Shown here: one piece after another, positions 63,361-64,000 of the stretch | Position numbering within the stretch: the stretch's first letter is position 1 | Layout: every line of letters starts with the position of its first letter | Assembly: GCA_030390025.1 (NCBI GenBank) | Contig: CM059431.1 | Coordinates: forward strand, 147,376,001-147,440,000 | DNA length: 64,000 nucleotides | From: Squalus acanthias | Lineage: Eukaryota | Direction: 5' to 3' | Notes under the pieces: model-generated | The model's input: the letters and a program-made list of their open reading frames with translations, nothing else | Databases searched by the model: none | Told to the model about the DNA's origin: nothing | Program-made: the position numbers and the translations under genes

Positions 63361-63915
63361 TAGGCCATTCAACTGCTCGGACATGTTACCCAACAAAAAT
63401 CTATCCATCTCACTTTTGAAATTTTCAATTGACCCCCAGCCTCGACAGCTTTTTGGGGGAGAGAGTTCCAGATTTCCACCACCCTTTGTGTGAAGAAGTG
63501 CTTCCTGACATCACCCCTGAATGGCCTGGCTCTAATTTTAAGGCGATGCCCTCTTGTTCTGGACTCACCCATCAGAGGAAATAGTTTCTCTCTGTCGACC
63601 CCATCAACTCCTTTAATCATCTTAAAACACCTCGATTTGATCACCCCTTAAACTTCTATATTCATAGAATGGTTGCAGCACAGAAGAGGCCATTCAGCCT
63701 GTCAAGCCCGTGCCGGCTCTCTGCAAGAGCACTTCAGCTAGTTCCACTCCCCCGCCCTTTCCCCGTAGCCCTGCAAATATTTTTCCTTCAGGTACATATC
63801 CAATTCCCTTTTGATCTGCCACTATTGAATCTGCCTCCACCACCCTTTCAGGCAGTGGATTCCAGCTCATAACCACTCGCTGCGTAAAAAGATTTTCCTC
63901 ATGTCGCCTTTGGTT
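63361..63915 (-). mobile_element. Two further CR1 3' fragments in antisense orientation (63361-63660 and 63664-63915)
   Basis: GVDREKLFPL.GESRTRGH.LK…FFTQRVV.IWNSLP; and FTQRVVMSWNPLPERVVEA followed by a tail. Confidence 0.8.
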
Positions 63916-64000
63916 CATCTAAGTAATTGATGCAGATTGTGAATAGCTGAGGCCCAAGTTCTGATCCTTATAGAGTCTCTGGGGGAAAAATTCAGTCTCG

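Overview
Repeat-dense eukaryotic (vertebrate) genomic DNA, most likely from a cartilaginous fish. The taxon is inferred from the CR1/L2/RTE LINE types, a Deu-domain SINE and the satellite types, and is not proven. From left to right: (1) a tandemly duplicated two-coding-exon ecto-ADP-ribosyltransferase (ARTC-family) gene, with one intact copy (674-2232; signal peptide, R-S-QxE motif, C-terminal TM helix) and one pseudogene copy (17219-~20270); (2) between the two copies, a 5'-truncated endogenous retrovirus-like provirus (RT-tether-RNase H-integrase, spliced env, PPT, 3' LTR) whose Env resembles a paramyxo/pneumovirus F-type fusogen, i.e. lokiretrovirus-like; (3) three 3-bp-TSD MITEs; (4) large tandem arrays with 33, 37, 38, 42 and 67 bp units, four of which can be traced to pieces of SINEs/LINEs present in the same window; (5) a hidden minus-strand multi-exon gene or pseudogene (~58488 to 40270) not captured by the ORF track, split by nested transposons and a 10 kb satellite, with a P2X7-ballast-like motif; (6) a FAM111-like trypsin-fold protease exon with one in-frame stop; (7) many CR1, RTE and L2 fragments. 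Most ORFs in the supplied track are artefacts of repeats.
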